NCBI GenBank assembly: GCA_000004985.1
Contig: GG738857.1
Strand: one strand, 5' to 3'
Origin: Naegleria gruberi
Taxonomy: Eukaryota
Length of the DNA: 64,000 nt
The notes below the pieces were generated by a model, which worked only from the letters and a program-made list of their open reading frames with translations, ran no database searches and was not told the origin of the DNA. The translations under genes and the position numbers were made by a program. Shown one piece after another: positions 30,789 through 42,464 of the stretch. The number at the start of each line of letters is the position of its first letter. Positions within the stretch are counted from its first letter, which is position 1.

Positions 30789-32711
30789 TTATTGGATTGG
30801 ACATGTGGAATGAGGTAAAACAGAGTTACAGGAAGAAGGAAGTGTTGCACATCTAATGCTAGATGATGGATGGAAAGTTTGATCACATTCTCCACTTTCT
30901 GAATTCCACACTCGAATGGTATTATCATCTGAAAAACTAATAATACTGAGATTATTGACAATTACCTCATAGACAAAGTTTTTGTGACTTCTCAATGCCT
31001 TTGATTGTTGTCCATCAAATTTGGCGATGGTAACTTGTCTATCTGTTGAACCAGTTACTATATAGTTCATACTCAAATCTGATGAGAGCAACATGACATC
31101 AACGGCATAAACAAATCCATTGGATACTTCAATTTTCTTGACTTGTACAAAATGGGCATCAGAAATATCCCACAAAACTACAGACCTATCGCATGAGGCA
31201 CTCAATAAATAATCCTTATGATCAATAGTGACCCGTTTTAAATAGAGTACAGCATCCGTGTGTGATCTTTTTACATCCCATTCCTCCGATAAGTTTCCAG
31301 CATACCACATCTTTACTGCACCATTAACTAGACCTGCAATTAAATAATCTCCAAAGAGACAAACACAACGAACATTTGAAGTATCTGCCTTTCTTTCGAA
31401 TTGCACTTCCTTAAATATTGGAGTAGGATCTGTTGGTGAGCTAATCGAAATATCAAAAATATGAATAGACCCTACACTTGAGTTTACAACCAAAAAATTA
31501 TCATTCAAGTCCATGGTGAGGACTGGCGATTCTAATTTAAAACTGGTCAATTGTTCCAATATTGAATGATCATTAGAACATCGGGAAAGTATAACATGAC
31601 CATCCTCTCCACATGTGAAAATATAATTTTGATTCTCCCTTTTAAAGGTTTTGATATCGTGTATAATATTGGAATGCACTTTCAATGAGGTGACGCATTT
31701 TTCTCTGTAGAGATCCCAAACTTCGATATATCCACTTATAGATCCACAATACACAATCGATTGAATGTAGGTTCGTGGCTCCAATTCTGAATAGTTCTTG
31801 AGTCGGTTGTTTTGCATTTCATTTTTTAAATTTTCACTTATGGTTGAATTGCTCATGAGCTCCTCAAATTCCTGATTACTAAGACTACAAACTCTCAATG
31901 ATTTCCACAAATTATCCCTTTCAACTTGATTAATCTCTGGATGTGATTCGATGAACCAAGAAATAGCTCGATACACTTGATATTCCGAATAAATTCCTAT
32001 CTTTTCATTAGATAACAAGGAAATAAATGAAAAGATATCAAAACCAAGCAAGAGTTGAAGGCACCTCTTTCTATTCTTTTCTAAAAGGAATTTGTTAATA
32101 CCAATCACAAATCTCTCATAGTGATAATTGATATAATATGTGTCAATAACAAATGTTGGATGTTCTGTAAAGAAAACCCTCAAAAAGTATTCCGTATGTT
32201 GATCCAAACATTCTGATTTCAACCTAATTGACTTGAAAGAATACAATTCATCTAATTCCTTCTTAACAGCTTGTTTCCAACCTTCCATCTGCAAATAATC
32301 AAAGAAATTATAAGCAATTACCAAATCTAATCCTCTACAGATCGAAGTACGTTTCGATCCATATAAACATGGAATAATTATCTTCTCAAAAACAGCCAGT
32401 TCATTCGGAATCATCAAACCAATGGTTGTAGATTTTTCCATCACATCAGAAAATTCAAAAGCATTTCTAATCAAATCACCAAACAATTCACTATAATTTT
32501 TCAAAGCCTCCTGATGAAGATGATAAGTTTTGATCTGCTCTCCTCCGTTCAATACAAAATTAATCTTCCAAAATTGATCAATTGCATCATCCGAAATATT
32601 CAAATCACCATTATTAATAGAAAAGGCTTGTTTTAATAATTCGGCAAACTTTGGATCTGTCTCCTCTTGATAGGGATGTGTAAGATCAGCGAGAGGGAGT
32701 GTTTCTGTCAT
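30789..32711 (-). CDS. BTB/POZ-like N-terminal region plus a WD40 repeat beta-propeller protein.
   Basis: ATG at 32711, 640 aa. The C-terminal half has WD-type repeats (GYIEVWDLYREKCVTSLKVHSNIIHDI, DRSVVLWDIS, NTIRVWNSESGEC, GHVILSRCSND). The N-terminal ~250 aa is BTB/BACK-like (..DLNISDDAIDQFWKINFVLNGGEQIKTYHLHQEALKNYSELFGDLI..). Confidence 0.55.
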   Translation of the reverse strand: MTETLPLADLTHPYQEETDPKFAELLKQAFSINNGDLNISDDAIDQFWKINFVLNGGEQIKTYHLHQEALKNYSELFGDLIRNAFEFSDVMEKSTTIGLMIPNELAVFEKIIIPCLYGSKRTSICRGLDLVIAYNFFDYLQMEGWKQAVKKELDELYSFKSIRLKSECLDQHTEYFLRVFFTEHPTFVIDTYYINYHYERFVIGINKFLLEKNRKRCLQLLLGFDIFSFISLLSNEKIGIYSEYQVYRAISWFIESHPEINQVERDNLWKSLRVCSLSNQEFEELMSNSTISENLKNEMQNNRLKNYSELEPRTYIQSIVYCGSISGYIEVWDLYREKCVTSLKVHSNIIHDIKTFKRENQNYIFTCGEDGHVILSRCSNDHSILEQLTSFKLESPVLTMDLNDNFLVVNSSVGSIHIFDISISSPTDPTPIFKEVQFERKADTSNVRCVCLFGDYLIAGLVNGAVKMWYAGNLSEEWDVKRSHTDAVLYLKRVTIDHKDYLLSASCDRSVVLWDISDAHFVQVKKIEVSNGFVYAVDVMLLSSDLSMNYIVTGSTDRQVTIAKFDGQQSKALRSHKNFVYEVIVNNLSIISFSDDNTIRVWNSESGECDQTFHPSSSIRCATLPSSCNSVLPHSTCPIQ

Positions 32712-32982
32712 GTGTTGTTAATTTTTTTTTTGTAAACTGAACTTGCGATAACTTTTAACTTGTAGAAAAACAGTTTTAGGTTCAGTTCAAGGAAGTGCAA
32801 TCGGTAGTGTACCGAATTTTCCCTTGATTTTGAGGATTTTCAGAGACTGTGCAGGAAATTTTACAAATTTTGAATATTTGTAATCAATTTTCACTCGATA
32901 CGCTAGGAAAGAAAAGGGAGTAAAAACTTGCCATGATTAAGACGAACTAGATCAAACAAAGGATTACAATAATTTATGAAAA

Positions 32983-34743
32983 ATGGCGCAACACCTTCCT
33001 GCAGAGATTCTGTTTCATATTTTTACTTCCTTCACATCACCCGATCAGTATTTAAATAATTTAATGCTCGTCTGTCGGGATTGGTATCAAACAACTAATT
33101 ATGAAATGTTTTGGTTGGCCTCTTTAAAGCGTATGATGAAACAACAAATACTTGATTGTGCCAGTGAAACATTAGAAAATTGTATTACTTATGCCTATCC
33201 GGAATATCTTGTTATCAAGAAAAATGATATTCTCAAGGAGAGGCAGCACTATGTGTCCAGTTTGAAAAATAGAGAGAAAATTCTGGTGGTGGACATGAAG
33301 CCATTCACAAAAAGGAAAGAAACTAATGATGACATTTATGGAGATTCATACAAGACGAAATGCATTCAGTTTATAAGGGAGAGAAGAAAGAGATTGATTG
33401 CTTTGGAAATGGCAAAATTGGCCATCACTTTTGAACAACCTTCTTTATTTCAAGACAAATCCGAATGGACGCAAATCATGAAACTTATTGAAAATAATCA
33501 ATTTTTCGATAAGAAGGTGGTTGCAAATTTGGGAATTTTCAATACTTCAACAACAATATTTCACATTTTTATCAAACAAGCACTAATTCATCAAGTTATT
33601 GGAGAGGAAGAGTTTTTTGACACAGTTGCGTCATTCTTTATATGTGATTGTGGACTAAATGTCTCCACATATATTGAACCATTAATTGAGTCTAGGAAAA
33701 TAAGATCTTTCTTGAAAGAGCGGAATAATTCTGAGACATTCTTTGAAAAATATAAGAATGAAGTGAAATCTACTGCTAAGTCAGGAGTACCTGCTTATTT
33801 GTTAAAATTAATAGTTTCAAGAGTATCAATGAATAATGAATCACATATTGAATTTGTAGGAAAATGTGTTGAGCTATTCAAGAGTAAGAAATTGATAAAA
33901 TTTAAGGAGAGTATGGTAGAGCCGTACACTAATATTTATATGAATGCTTTATATCCTAATTGGAAAAATATTGAATTATACCTAAAAGATATGAAACTGA
34001 TGGAGTGTAATGGATTTGATCATTATGAATTCATTGATAGTATTATCAGAAAGGGTGTATTTTTTATGAATGAGGATGAGCATGAGGATTTAATTATAGA
34101 ACTTTTACAACGAGCTCACCAAGAGTTTGGACTCAAATTAGACGTTCCTCTTCCCATGTCTCTCACTGATACTAGAACGACAAAAACCCTCAAATTTCTC
34201 GTAGAGAATGGAGTTGATATTAATTATTTATTGCCCAATGGCACATCTCCACTTGCACAATTCATAAGGCATAAATCAAATATTGATGCCATTTTGTACC
34301 TGATTGAGAGAGGAGCCACTATTCCACCAATTGAGACTGCAACTACGATCAACAAATTAGACAAGCTTTTTGATTACATTTCAGACATTGATGAGTCTAA
34401 ATTCATGTCAACATTGAAAATTCTTGTGGAAAAGTTTGGACCAAGATTTTCAGGAGTTGCAATTGAAAATCTCTCTGTTGTGCATTTAAGTATGGATAAT
34501 TTATTTGCATTGTTACTATTGTTGAAACAAAGTACACATTTCAATGAAGATGAATCCACCTCCCTAGCACTCACAAGGTTTTATTGTAAATGGTACAACT
34601 ATAATGGAATTAATTTTGATAAGAAGGAGGAATTCAGAAATTTTGTGGAAAATGAATTGGGTATTCAATTAATTCAAGCAATTATTGATGAGAGCAATAT
34701 TGGTGGCGAAATTGACGAAGAGGATGAAGAATTTTTGTTATGA
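32983..34743 (+). CDS. F-box-like protein with ankyrin-like C-terminal repeats.
   Basis: The N-terminus MAQHLPAEILFHIFTSFTSPDQYLNNLMLVCRDWYQTTN fits the F-box consensus (LP.EIL..IF..L....L.....VC..W). A later segment, LVENGVDINYLLPNGTSPLAQFIRHKSNIDAILYLIERGATI, is ankyrin-like. Confidence 0.5.
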   Translation: MAQHLPAEILFHIFTSFTSPDQYLNNLMLVCRDWYQTTNYEMFWLASLKRMMKQQILDCASETLENCITYAYPEYLVIKKNDILKERQHYVSSLKNREKILVVDMKPFTKRKETNDDIYGDSYKTKCIQFIRERRKRLIALEMAKLAITFEQPSLFQDKSEWTQIMKLIENNQFFDKKVVANLGIFNTSTTIFHIFIKQALIHQVIGEEEFFDTVASFFICDCGLNVSTYIEPLIESRKIRSFLKERNNSETFFEKYKNEVKSTAKSGVPAYLLKLIVSRVSMNNESHIEFVGKCVELFKSKKLIKFKESMVEPYTNIYMNALYPNWKNIELYLKDMKLMECNGFDHYEFIDSIIRKGVFFMNEDEHEDLIIELLQRAHQEFGLKLDVPLPMSLTDTRTTKTLKFLVENGVDINYLLPNGTSPLAQFIRHKSNIDAILYLIERGATIPPIETATTINKLDKLFDYISDIDESKFMSTLKILVEKFGPRFSGVAIENLSVVHLSMDNLFALLLLLKQSTHFNEDESTSLALTRFYCKWYNYNGINFDKKEEFRNFVENELGIQLIQAIIDESNIGGEIDEEDEEFLL

Positions 34744-35607
34744 GCAAGAGAATGAAGAGAACTTAATTGAAGTGTTGAATAGGTGAGATTGTAATATTTG
34801 GATTGGACAATAACTGTATATTAAGAAACAGTGAAACAGGCGGCAATTACACTGCCACAAATACATTGCTTCCACAACTTTGTTGAAACTCTTTTACATC
34901 ACATATTAGGCCAGCTGTTGATAAAATAAATCATGTCCAGGGGTTACAACGACCCACCATTCTTTCTCAAATATGGAAATTTTGAATGGATTAGGATGGT
35001 GCACACAATCCTCCAAATCATTCAACACTTTCCAAGTTGATAATAAAAAACTAGCAAGGAAGGAAAATCTTGAAAAAAATTGAATTGTTTATCAGTCCAA
35101 TCAATTCATTCAAAATTGAGTACCCATGTTTCATCTACTGTTTAGTTTCAATTCATCAACATTGTTCGAAACATAAGAATGACAAGAATCGCCTGCTCTT
35201 CACATTCATGATTGGAGGATCATTGTAAATGTAGAACACTGTTTGATTCTCAATTAAGAATCACGGCATCATGGGTTGTTAGTCGTTACAAATTTGAAAA
35301 TATTTTTGACCCAGACGAATGTGGACGATAACATTTATGTGTTAGAATCTCACATTTCATTGTGATAGCTTCCCCAACAAGGCGATTTTTTTCAAAAACA
35401 AGACACACCACTAAAGAGTGCTCATAATACCATTGTCGAATAATAAATTGCAATCCGAAACTCTCAAAATCTTCTCCGCACACATCCATCTGGAAAATTC
35501 AACACAAAAAATTGAACACACAACACAATATCCAATATCTACTAATATTTCATTCAACTCCACCTTCAAAACTATTCGAAACACAAACAAGAACAAACAA
35601 TAACAAT

Positions 35608-36756
35608 ATGGGCAATCATCATAGCACCAGAAATAACCCGCCAAATTTTCATTCTTCGAAGAATCCAAAAAAACAAAACAACAAACAGCAGCGACACTCT
35701 ACCGGCGATTGTAGTGCAACAATAACAACAAATTCTTGCAAGAATGTAAAAGTTCAAGCAACATCATTATCGGCTGCTTCTGTTGGACAACATCATCCAC
35801 TGGTGAAACCTTTGGCTTTGAATTTACTTCAACAACAACAACAACAAAATGTTGGTTCGGGAGATTGTAAGCAGTCGAGTAGTTGGCAATATCAGCACTT
35901 GATGAGGGAAGATTCGAGAAGATCGACCGTAACAGAGAATGAAGGAAGTTTTTCTCTTGGTAATAATGGTCGTCAATTGTTGGTCGATTTTCATGCTAGT
36001 GCCAAGACTCCACGTCACGTAAGAACTATTATTGATGATGAAGAGGATGATAACATTGAAGAATCGTTTGTAATGATGAGATCTGGAATGATTTATTCAC
36101 ATGATGCTGATAATGGAGAACAATGTGAGAATCCGCAGGCTTCTCCTTCCTCAGTAAGAACTGCCAACATACCAATTCATTCACACATCCACACACAATT
36201 ACCGACCTCTCCTGTTTCACCTCATTCTGATAAGAAAGCTTCCTCCATGCCAAACCTTGGTGTTAATTCTCCATCTCCTAAGAAAAAGCAAGCTCTCAAA
36301 TTGCTTGCCAAAATCAAGAACAAATTCCATCACACCAATAGTGAACGAACAAGTCCTACTGCCTTACAACCTTCCTTGTCAGACAGTGCTCTTTCTTCTC
36401 GTTCTGCTGCCTCTTGTAATAACATTCAACAACAATTATCGAGTTCTTCCCTTTTAAAGATTGATTCCCATCGTTCTATACAATCCTATGCTACAACTAA
36501 TTCCAACAATAATTCATCTGCCACCTTGGTTACTAATGGTCAACCAAACCATAAACCATTGAAAATGAACGAAGATGGTGAGTATGTTGATGAAGATACA
36601 TACTCTAATAGTAGCAGTGAGAGCTTGGACGTCTCTGATAGCGAGCATGGAGACGACGAGGATTACATTGAACAATTTATTCAAGGTACTATGGTACAAA
36701 CCATTGATGATTCCATTTCCTACCTTAAAAATTCAATGAGAAATCAATTGGCTTAA
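35608..36756 (+). CDS. Low-complexity Ser/Asn/Gln-rich protein with an MG....S N-terminus (candidate N-myristoylation site) and an acidic C-terminus.
   Basis: The ATG at 35608 gives MGNHHSTRNNPPNFHSS.... The track's earlier start is a TTG. The protein has poly-Q, poly-S and poly-N stretches and ends ...DSEHGDDEDYIEQFIQGTMVQTIDDSISYLKNSMRNQLA*. Confidence 0.45.
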   Translation: MGNHHSTRNNPPNFHSSKNPKKQNNKQQRHSTGDCSATITTNSCKNVKVQATSLSAASVGQHHPLVKPLALNLLQQQQQQNVGSGDCKQSSSWQYQHLMREDSRRSTVTENEGSFSLGNNGRQLLVDFHASAKTPRHVRTIIDDEEDDNIEESFVMMRSGMIYSHDADNGEQCENPQASPSSVRTANIPIHSHIHTQLPTSPVSPHSDKKASSMPNLGVNSPSPKKKQALKLLAKIKNKFHHTNSERTSPTALQPSLSDSALSSRSAASCNNIQQQLSSSSLLKIDSHRSIQSYATTNSNNNSSATLVTNGQPNHKPLKMNEDGEYVDEDTYSNSSSESLDVSDSEHGDDEDYIEQFIQGTMVQTIDDSISYLKNSMRNQLA

Positions 36757-37045
36757 TTTTTTGACTAATTTCCCTAACGTTATAGTTTATCGAGCTAAGC
36801 TGGCGTGAGTAGTGTCAGCGATTTTGAATAAAAACACAATAAAGAGTTATAATTCCATTCTACATCACAACTATTTCAACTGAAGGCTTCTTAACTGCTT
36901 AAGCATGTGATTTACATGATTTAGATCATTAAATCTTGTAATGGACATTATTAAAGTCTGGAAAACTTTCCTTTTATTTTTTTGGGAAAGGTATTGAGGA
37001 ACGAGGATCATTAAAGCCATTCAAAATCTGAAGATTATTAAATTC

Positions 37046-38212
37046 TTAGTAATACGTTCTTGATTCCTCTCTGACGAGTTTAACAATCCTTCCATCCTCC
37101 TCAATGTTGAACATAACATTTACAATATCGTATGAACCTCCTCCAGCATTGTAATAGAGTGGAAAGACATAGTGATCCAAATGTTTCATTTCAGCACTGT
37201 GGTCATCTAGTAATTGCAGTTTGTTCTTGATTGTTTCGATATCTGACAGAGACAACCACCGCAAGTCTACAATCTCAATGTTTGGACATAATTGAATATT
37301 TGATGAGAGTCCATCTCTTCTAATGCTTTCCATGAGAAGAGATGGTGTTACTTGAGATGGAACAGGATGAGGACTCGACTTGACATAAATCACATCAGAT
37401 AGCTTTATCTTGAGTAAGATATCATTCTTGAACCACCTTTCCAAAATTTCATCTCCATTCTCTTGTAATGTACACAACAGAACAGCTGCAATTGATTCTT
37501 CCAAGGTGAAATTATCCAAGCATAGTTCATCAAACGTGTCCGAAGAAGGTATCACTCGTATTATATCATTGTACAAGTTTGGAACGTAATCACCAACAGA
37601 CAATAATTCATAGACAAGGCAAGTAACATAAATTCCTGTCAATTTCTTCCTCACTGTTTCACTATCGTTGTACTTTTCAATAATTTCACTTCTCAAATCG
37701 AATGGAAATTCATAAAACGAGACACTGTGAGGTAATCTCACATCACCAATTTCCATTGAGATTGGATCTGAATCAAATGGAGAATTCCAATCCTTAACCA
37801 AATCAACATTTCCATAATTCTCTCTAGAAAGACTCTTAATTGAAAATTCCTCCTCATTAATTTCTTTAATTCCAGTCTTTATCTTTTTAGGAAGTTTTGC
37901 AAATTGTAATTGGAGAATTCTGAGCCAATCCACTTCTTCCCTCTGTTCTCCCACTCGTAAATATTCATCACTATTGGTACTACTATTATTACTAAACTCT
38001 AGCTCGGTGATAATTGTATTCATCCCGAATATTTGATCAATTTTTAAAAAATCAATCAAGGCTTGTTTGAACAAAAATTGCATAGATTGAATGGCACGGA
38101 ACCAATCGGAACAAACTCTGAGTGATCTTAATTGTTCATCCAGTGGAAGATAACCCATGATCACTGTGATGATATCACCACAGAGTATGTGAGAGGAATT
38201 GCTTTGCTTCAT
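37046..38212 (-). CDS. F-box-like domain protein.
   Basis: The N-terminus MKQSNSSHILCGDIITVIMGYLPLDEQLRSLRVCSDWFRAIQ matches the F-box pattern. The remainder was not recognised. Confidence 0.45.
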   Translation of the reverse strand: MKQSNSSHILCGDIITVIMGYLPLDEQLRSLRVCSDWFRAIQSMQFLFKQALIDFLKIDQIFGMNTIITELEFSNNSSTNSDEYLRVGEQREEVDWLRILQLQFAKLPKKIKTGIKEINEEEFSIKSLSRENYGNVDLVKDWNSPFDSDPISMEIGDVRLPHSVSFYEFPFDLRSEIIEKYNDSETVRKKLTGIYVTCLVYELLSVGDYVPNLYNDIIRVIPSSDTFDELCLDNFTLEESIAAVLLCTLQENGDEILERWFKNDILLKIKLSDVIYVKSSPHPVPSQVTPSLLMESIRRDGLSSNIQLCPNIEIVDLRWLSLSDIETIKNKLQLLDDHSAEMKHLDHYVFPLYYNAGGGSYDIVNVMFNIEEDGRIVKLVREESRTYY

Positions 38213-38278
38213 TTTTTTTGAACTTGTTTTGTAAACAGAATTGACAACTTGCTGAAATAGATTGGTATTGAGAATTGT

Positions 38279-40534
38279 TTATTCAAGATGAGCAATGGAA
38301 TCTGAAATAATCTTTCTTGTCTTTTCCAATTCTTCATCACTCACCTTACAGTTAGTCAACTTGGATCTCTGCAAGAGAATATTTACCAACTTGTTACTCT
38401 CTTTATCATATTCGAACAAGTAAAAATACTTGTTAAAATCTAGCAATGTAATCTGGTGGCAGATATATGGAATGTTTGCTTCCTTAGAGTAGGGTGAGTT
38501 AATCTGACTTGCCAAATATCTCAATAACTGCTGCTTTGGATTGTTCAGTCTTTCTTCGCTAATTGGAACACCATTTCTTTCATCTTCATCTTGATAAATG
38601 GCATCCAACATTGATACATAGTACTCATAAATTGTTCCTTCCTTTCTTCCATAGCAAACTTGTAATGGAATTATATTTTCACTTGGAGGGGTGTATTCTG
38701 GCAATGTAGCATCTCCCTCATCATTCCACATATGTCCAATAGATATTTCATTTGTTTGGGTCTTCAGTCTTTGCCAAACTTCAAAATCATCAAATGGATA
38801 TGCAAAGCACTTTAAAAACTTGTCCTTCAAATCACAAACAAATCCATTGGCCTGCAAATGGAAGTAATTCACACGATCAATCTTTTTCAATTCCTCTCTG
38901 TTCAGATAGAGAACATTTACAAAGGACTGTCTCTCTGAGTCAACACATGAAATGCTCTCCACAAAAATCTTCTTGTACTTTTCCAAAATTTCCAACTTTT
39001 CTGCATAGCTCACATTCTCGTCTCTGTACAAGTGAGCCTTCAATTCTGGATAAAATTCACTAATTTCACTCTTGGAATATAATTCACAACCATATAACAC
39101 TAGGGCAAGTGTTTGACCCAATCTGAAAGCCATAAATTTTAAATCATCTGGATGCAGTTTGCTGGTGAGCTTTGTAAAGTCCATCTCAGCCAAGGATAAT
39201 CGCTTCAATTTGAATGAAGGAACATTGAGTGCCTTGATGCAAAAGCTTCTCACCTCCTTACATCTTCTTACCTTACCAATTAAATTGACAAGTGTCATGC
39301 AAACCTTTAGTGGAACCAATCTTCTGACACGTCCTCTGATTTGACATGGATACTTTTGTTCATGGAGAGGATAAGTTGTGAAAAGAGCATTATTGGCCTC
39401 ATCAACCAATCCCTTAAACACATCAACCAAATATCCCTTATCAGTGTCACTTTTCAATTCGCTATAATCTTCTGATCGAATCAAAACTAAATTTCTATCC
39501 TCAGTTCCAGATGCTCTAATAAACAAATTACAATCATTTTCAGGAGGTAACTTATCCTTGAAAATATAAATGATGTCAACATCAGAGGAATCCTTTGAGC
39601 CATGATGGTAAAATGGCACCTCAACAGCTGTTGGTTGAGCAGAAGAGTTGATAACTTCCTGAGCTGTACTTGTTCCTTCAAACTTGGTAAGAAAATCATT
39701 CAATGAAAATTCCAAATTCCAGCTCTTCTTCCAATCCTTCCATCCCTTCATGACAGAGAAGGTTCTATCTGTATTTCTTGAACTCTCAACTAGTTTGTTC
39801 CATTCCCCAGTCTTGAATAAATCCTGATTGTCAGTTGTCTTGATAATTATAATTTCCTGATTCTTATCTGTAGCATTCAATTCTGAAACAAGTGGATAAC
39901 CCAAAATCAGCAAGTCAGCACAATTCAGAACTGAACTCGTCTCATTGGTTAAATCTTCCTCCAGAAACATAATCTTATTCAACCAATTCTTCTTATGACC
40001 CAATAATTTACAAACCCAATTTATCTTTGTGGTCATTATTCTAATACATTCATCCCTATCAATACTGAGCGAGTACTTTCCATCATCATTTCCACTAACC
40101 TCATCATTAAAGAATGAAATCTGTGGAATTCTCTTAAAATACACTGAACTATTCACAGGATTCAAAGTTGTGAATAATTTAAAATCAATGGTCTTGTACT
40201 TTTCCTCATACTGATAAACTTCCAACAAAATCCCCTTTGTGTTATCCACTGTCAAATCCTCCTTCGAAAAGAAGTCCCGATCCATCAAAATTTGACTCAA
40301 TTTATACTGATCACCCTTTTCCAAATGAAAACCAGCAGGCTTCCTCATCATTTCAAGTGGTGATGGAATTTTCTTTCCGAATTTTTCGCAATATCTTTCA
40401 TAAAGCACCTGATCCAGCCTATATAAACAATTATCCATGTTGATAAATATTTTTCTTCTTTTTGTATTCTTTGTTGTGGAGCCTGATGAGCTGCACGAGT
40501 GGGTGTGATTGCTGTCAGAGGCCATGTTGAGCAT
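38279..40534 (-). CDS. Large hypothetical protein (~750 aa) of unrecognised family. The probable start is an ATG at 40534 or 40525.
   Basis: The 817-aa ORF begins with TTG. The in-frame ATGs give MLNMASDSNHTHSCSSSG.... It contains Cys/His-rich stretches (..KYPCQIRGRVRRLVPLKVCMTLVNLIGKVRRCKEVRSFCIKAL..). Confidence 0.45.
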   Translation of the reverse strand: MLNMASDSNHTHSCSSSGSTTKNTKRRKIFINMDNCLYRLDQVLYERYCEKFGKKIPSPLEMMRKPAGFHLEKGDQYKLSQILMDRDFFSKEDLTVDNTKGILLEVYQYEEKYKTIDFKLFTTLNPVNSSVYFKRIPQISFFNDEVSGNDDGKYSLSIDRDECIRIMTTKINWVCKLLGHKKNWLNKIMFLEEDLTNETSSVLNCADLLILGYPLVSELNATDKNQEIIIIKTTDNQDLFKTGEWNKLVESSRNTDRTFSVMKGWKDWKKSWNLEFSLNDFLTKFEGTSTAQEVINSSAQPTAVEVPFYHHGSKDSSDVDIIYIFKDKLPPENDCNLFIRASGTEDRNLVLIRSEDYSELKSDTDKGYLVDVFKGLVDEANNALFTTYPLHEQKYPCQIRGRVRRLVPLKVCMTLVNLIGKVRRCKEVRSFCIKALNVPSFKLKRLSLAEMDFTKLTSKLHPDDLKFMAFRLGQTLALVLYGCELYSKSEISEFYPELKAHLYRDENVSYAEKLEILEKYKKIFVESISCVDSERQSFVNVLYLNREELKKIDRVNYFHLQANGFVCDLKDKFLKCFAYPFDDFEVWQRLKTQTNEISIGHMWNDEGDATLPEYTPPSENIIPLQVCYGRKEGTIYEYYVSMLDAIYQDEDERNGVPISEERLNNPKQQLLRYLASQINSPYSKEANIPYICHQITLLDFNKYFYLFEYDKESNKLVNILLQRSKLTNCKVSDEELEKTRKIISDSIAHLE

Positions 40535-40758
40535 TTTTTTTTGTAAGGAAATGGTAAAGTTGACAAACGAATGTAATAGATTCGAACTTAACGAGAGATT
40601 GGAAATTGCACTTGATAAAGATAGTTTCAATTGATAATAGCATATCACTAATATAATGAGTGCAACATCAAATAAAAAATGAACTACTGTGGGGAAAAAG
40701 CAAATAATTTGGCGCCAAAAACAATCGACCAAAAATTGGAATTTTTCAAAAACAAAAA

Positions 40759-42464
40759 AAATGCTTAAAAGGTAGGTTCATAATGTTCGGAACCAACAAG
40801 AACACATTTGTTTTAGAAAATCATGTTTTGACTTTACAGGCGTTTCTGATATTTCCAATTTATTGCCACATTATGTGGTTGCGATCGATAATTTTGAACA
40901 GAGTAAATTGCTTTCATCATCACCAAAACAAAAAGAAAATCACATGAACAATCAATTGCAGCAACATCAATTTAAATATTATCAATATTACTTTTTGAGC
41001 CATTGTCATAGTGATCACTTTAAAGGGCTTGATGATAGATTCTTTCAGAATGCATCGGCAAGTGATGAGACATGCATTGTTTGTCATCCGATAACTAGAA
41101 ATTTGCTTCTTGCACTTTATCCAAAATTAGATAAGGATAGAATATTGGCTATCGATTTATTGCAACCTACTTTATTGACTGTGAGAGGTGCATCTTCTAA
41201 GGAACCAAAACATTTCATGTGCACATTATTAAGCTCTAATCATTGCCCTGGTTCCTGTATGTTTCTATTTGAAATTGCCAAGCCAGGTTCTCCAAATGAA
41301 GTGGAAAGTATATTGTATTGTGGTGACTTTAGGGATCCACCATCAGACACTATACAATATTTGAAATCAAAGAAAATTTCAAAGGTTTATATTGATGACA
41401 CTTTTTGTGACCCTTCTAATTTCCTTAATTTACCAAAGCGATCTGATAGTATCAAGGAGCTTATCAAATTAATAGAAAAGGAAAGAGCAAAACAAAGAGC
41501 TGTTTATATTGCACTTGATTTATTGGGAACGGAAAGAGTTTTATTCGAATTAGTAAGCCATTTCAAGACTAAATTATTTTGTGATTATGAGAATTTGAAT
41601 CCTAAAAGAAGAAAGGAAATTGATTGTATGAAATCACTCAAAGAAAATATTTTCACACGAGATAAGGAGAAAACTTTCATTAGAGTTGTTTCCAAAACCA
41701 CCATCAAATCACTAGCTGAATTACTGAAAAAGGAAGATGACTGCCCACTTTTGATATGTATCTCTACAATGTTTCTCAAATATTTGAATAAGGATACTCG
41801 TGGAATGTCCTCTAGTTTTGATAGAGGATCTAGCACTTATTTCCAGGATGGTATTTTTAAAATATTGTATTCATTCCATTCATCTCACAAGGAAATTCTC
41901 AAATTCTTAGAACAAGTATTTGGATCGAATGTGAAGGAGTATCCTTCCATCATTTCTCTCAATCCTCACCAAACATCCTCTAAAAACAATAAGAATCTTC
42001 TCGATGACATTCGTAAAGGAACCTCTTCCACTAAGGTTGAAGATGATTCCAAAGATTATGGATTCTTTTCAGACACTGAAACCCTTTTCAAGGAGGAACA
42101 TGTTGTCATTAAGGACAACTTTCTTGAGACCCTCATTGAAAAGAGGAGAAGCAGTTCACAGAGAGATGACGAAGAATTATTCTCTTCTCTTGAAACAGAA
42201 CCATACACAGCCATACCAGAGGAAGATCTGGATGCAGAAAAACTCTTCGAAGAATTCAACTCTCAACAGGACGAGCTCGTCACACCAACCACTTCTCATC
42301 CAATAACCTTCTCGCTGATGAGTCCCTTCACTCCTCAGCCACCATCATCACAAAAGAAGAGACTCAACTCATCATCAAACGATGAGTCTTTCAACATGTT
42401 AAATCTCAGTGAAGATGACAATACACCAAAACAATCGGAAAAGAAGAAGAAAAAATTGGAGTGA
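40759..42464 (+). CDS. SNM1/PSO2/Artemis-family metallo-beta-lactamase (DRMBL) nuclease. Exon 1 is 40759-40769 (11 nt: ATG CTT AAA AG) and exon 2 is 40817-42464. The intron is 47 bp.
   Basis: After splicing: MLKRKSCFDFTGVSDISNLLPHYVVAIDNF....YYFLSHCHSDHFKGLDD......LYCGDFRD.... It carries the beta-lactamase HxHxDH motif and downstream SNM1-like blocks. No in-frame ATG exists upstream of the conserved VVAIDNF block within the ORF, and the intron GTAGGT...TTTTAG (40770-40816) supplies a start. The acidic, Ser-rich C-terminus ends KKKKKLE*. Confidence 0.6.

Noticed and set aside
36780-36830. GC-rich island (GCTAAGCTGGCGTGAGTAGTGTCAGCG) just after the stop of the S/N/Q-rich gene, considered as a small ncRNA.
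   Set aside because: No convincing secondary structure or known snRNA/snoRNA box motifs were seen by eye. It is most simply the 3' UTR.
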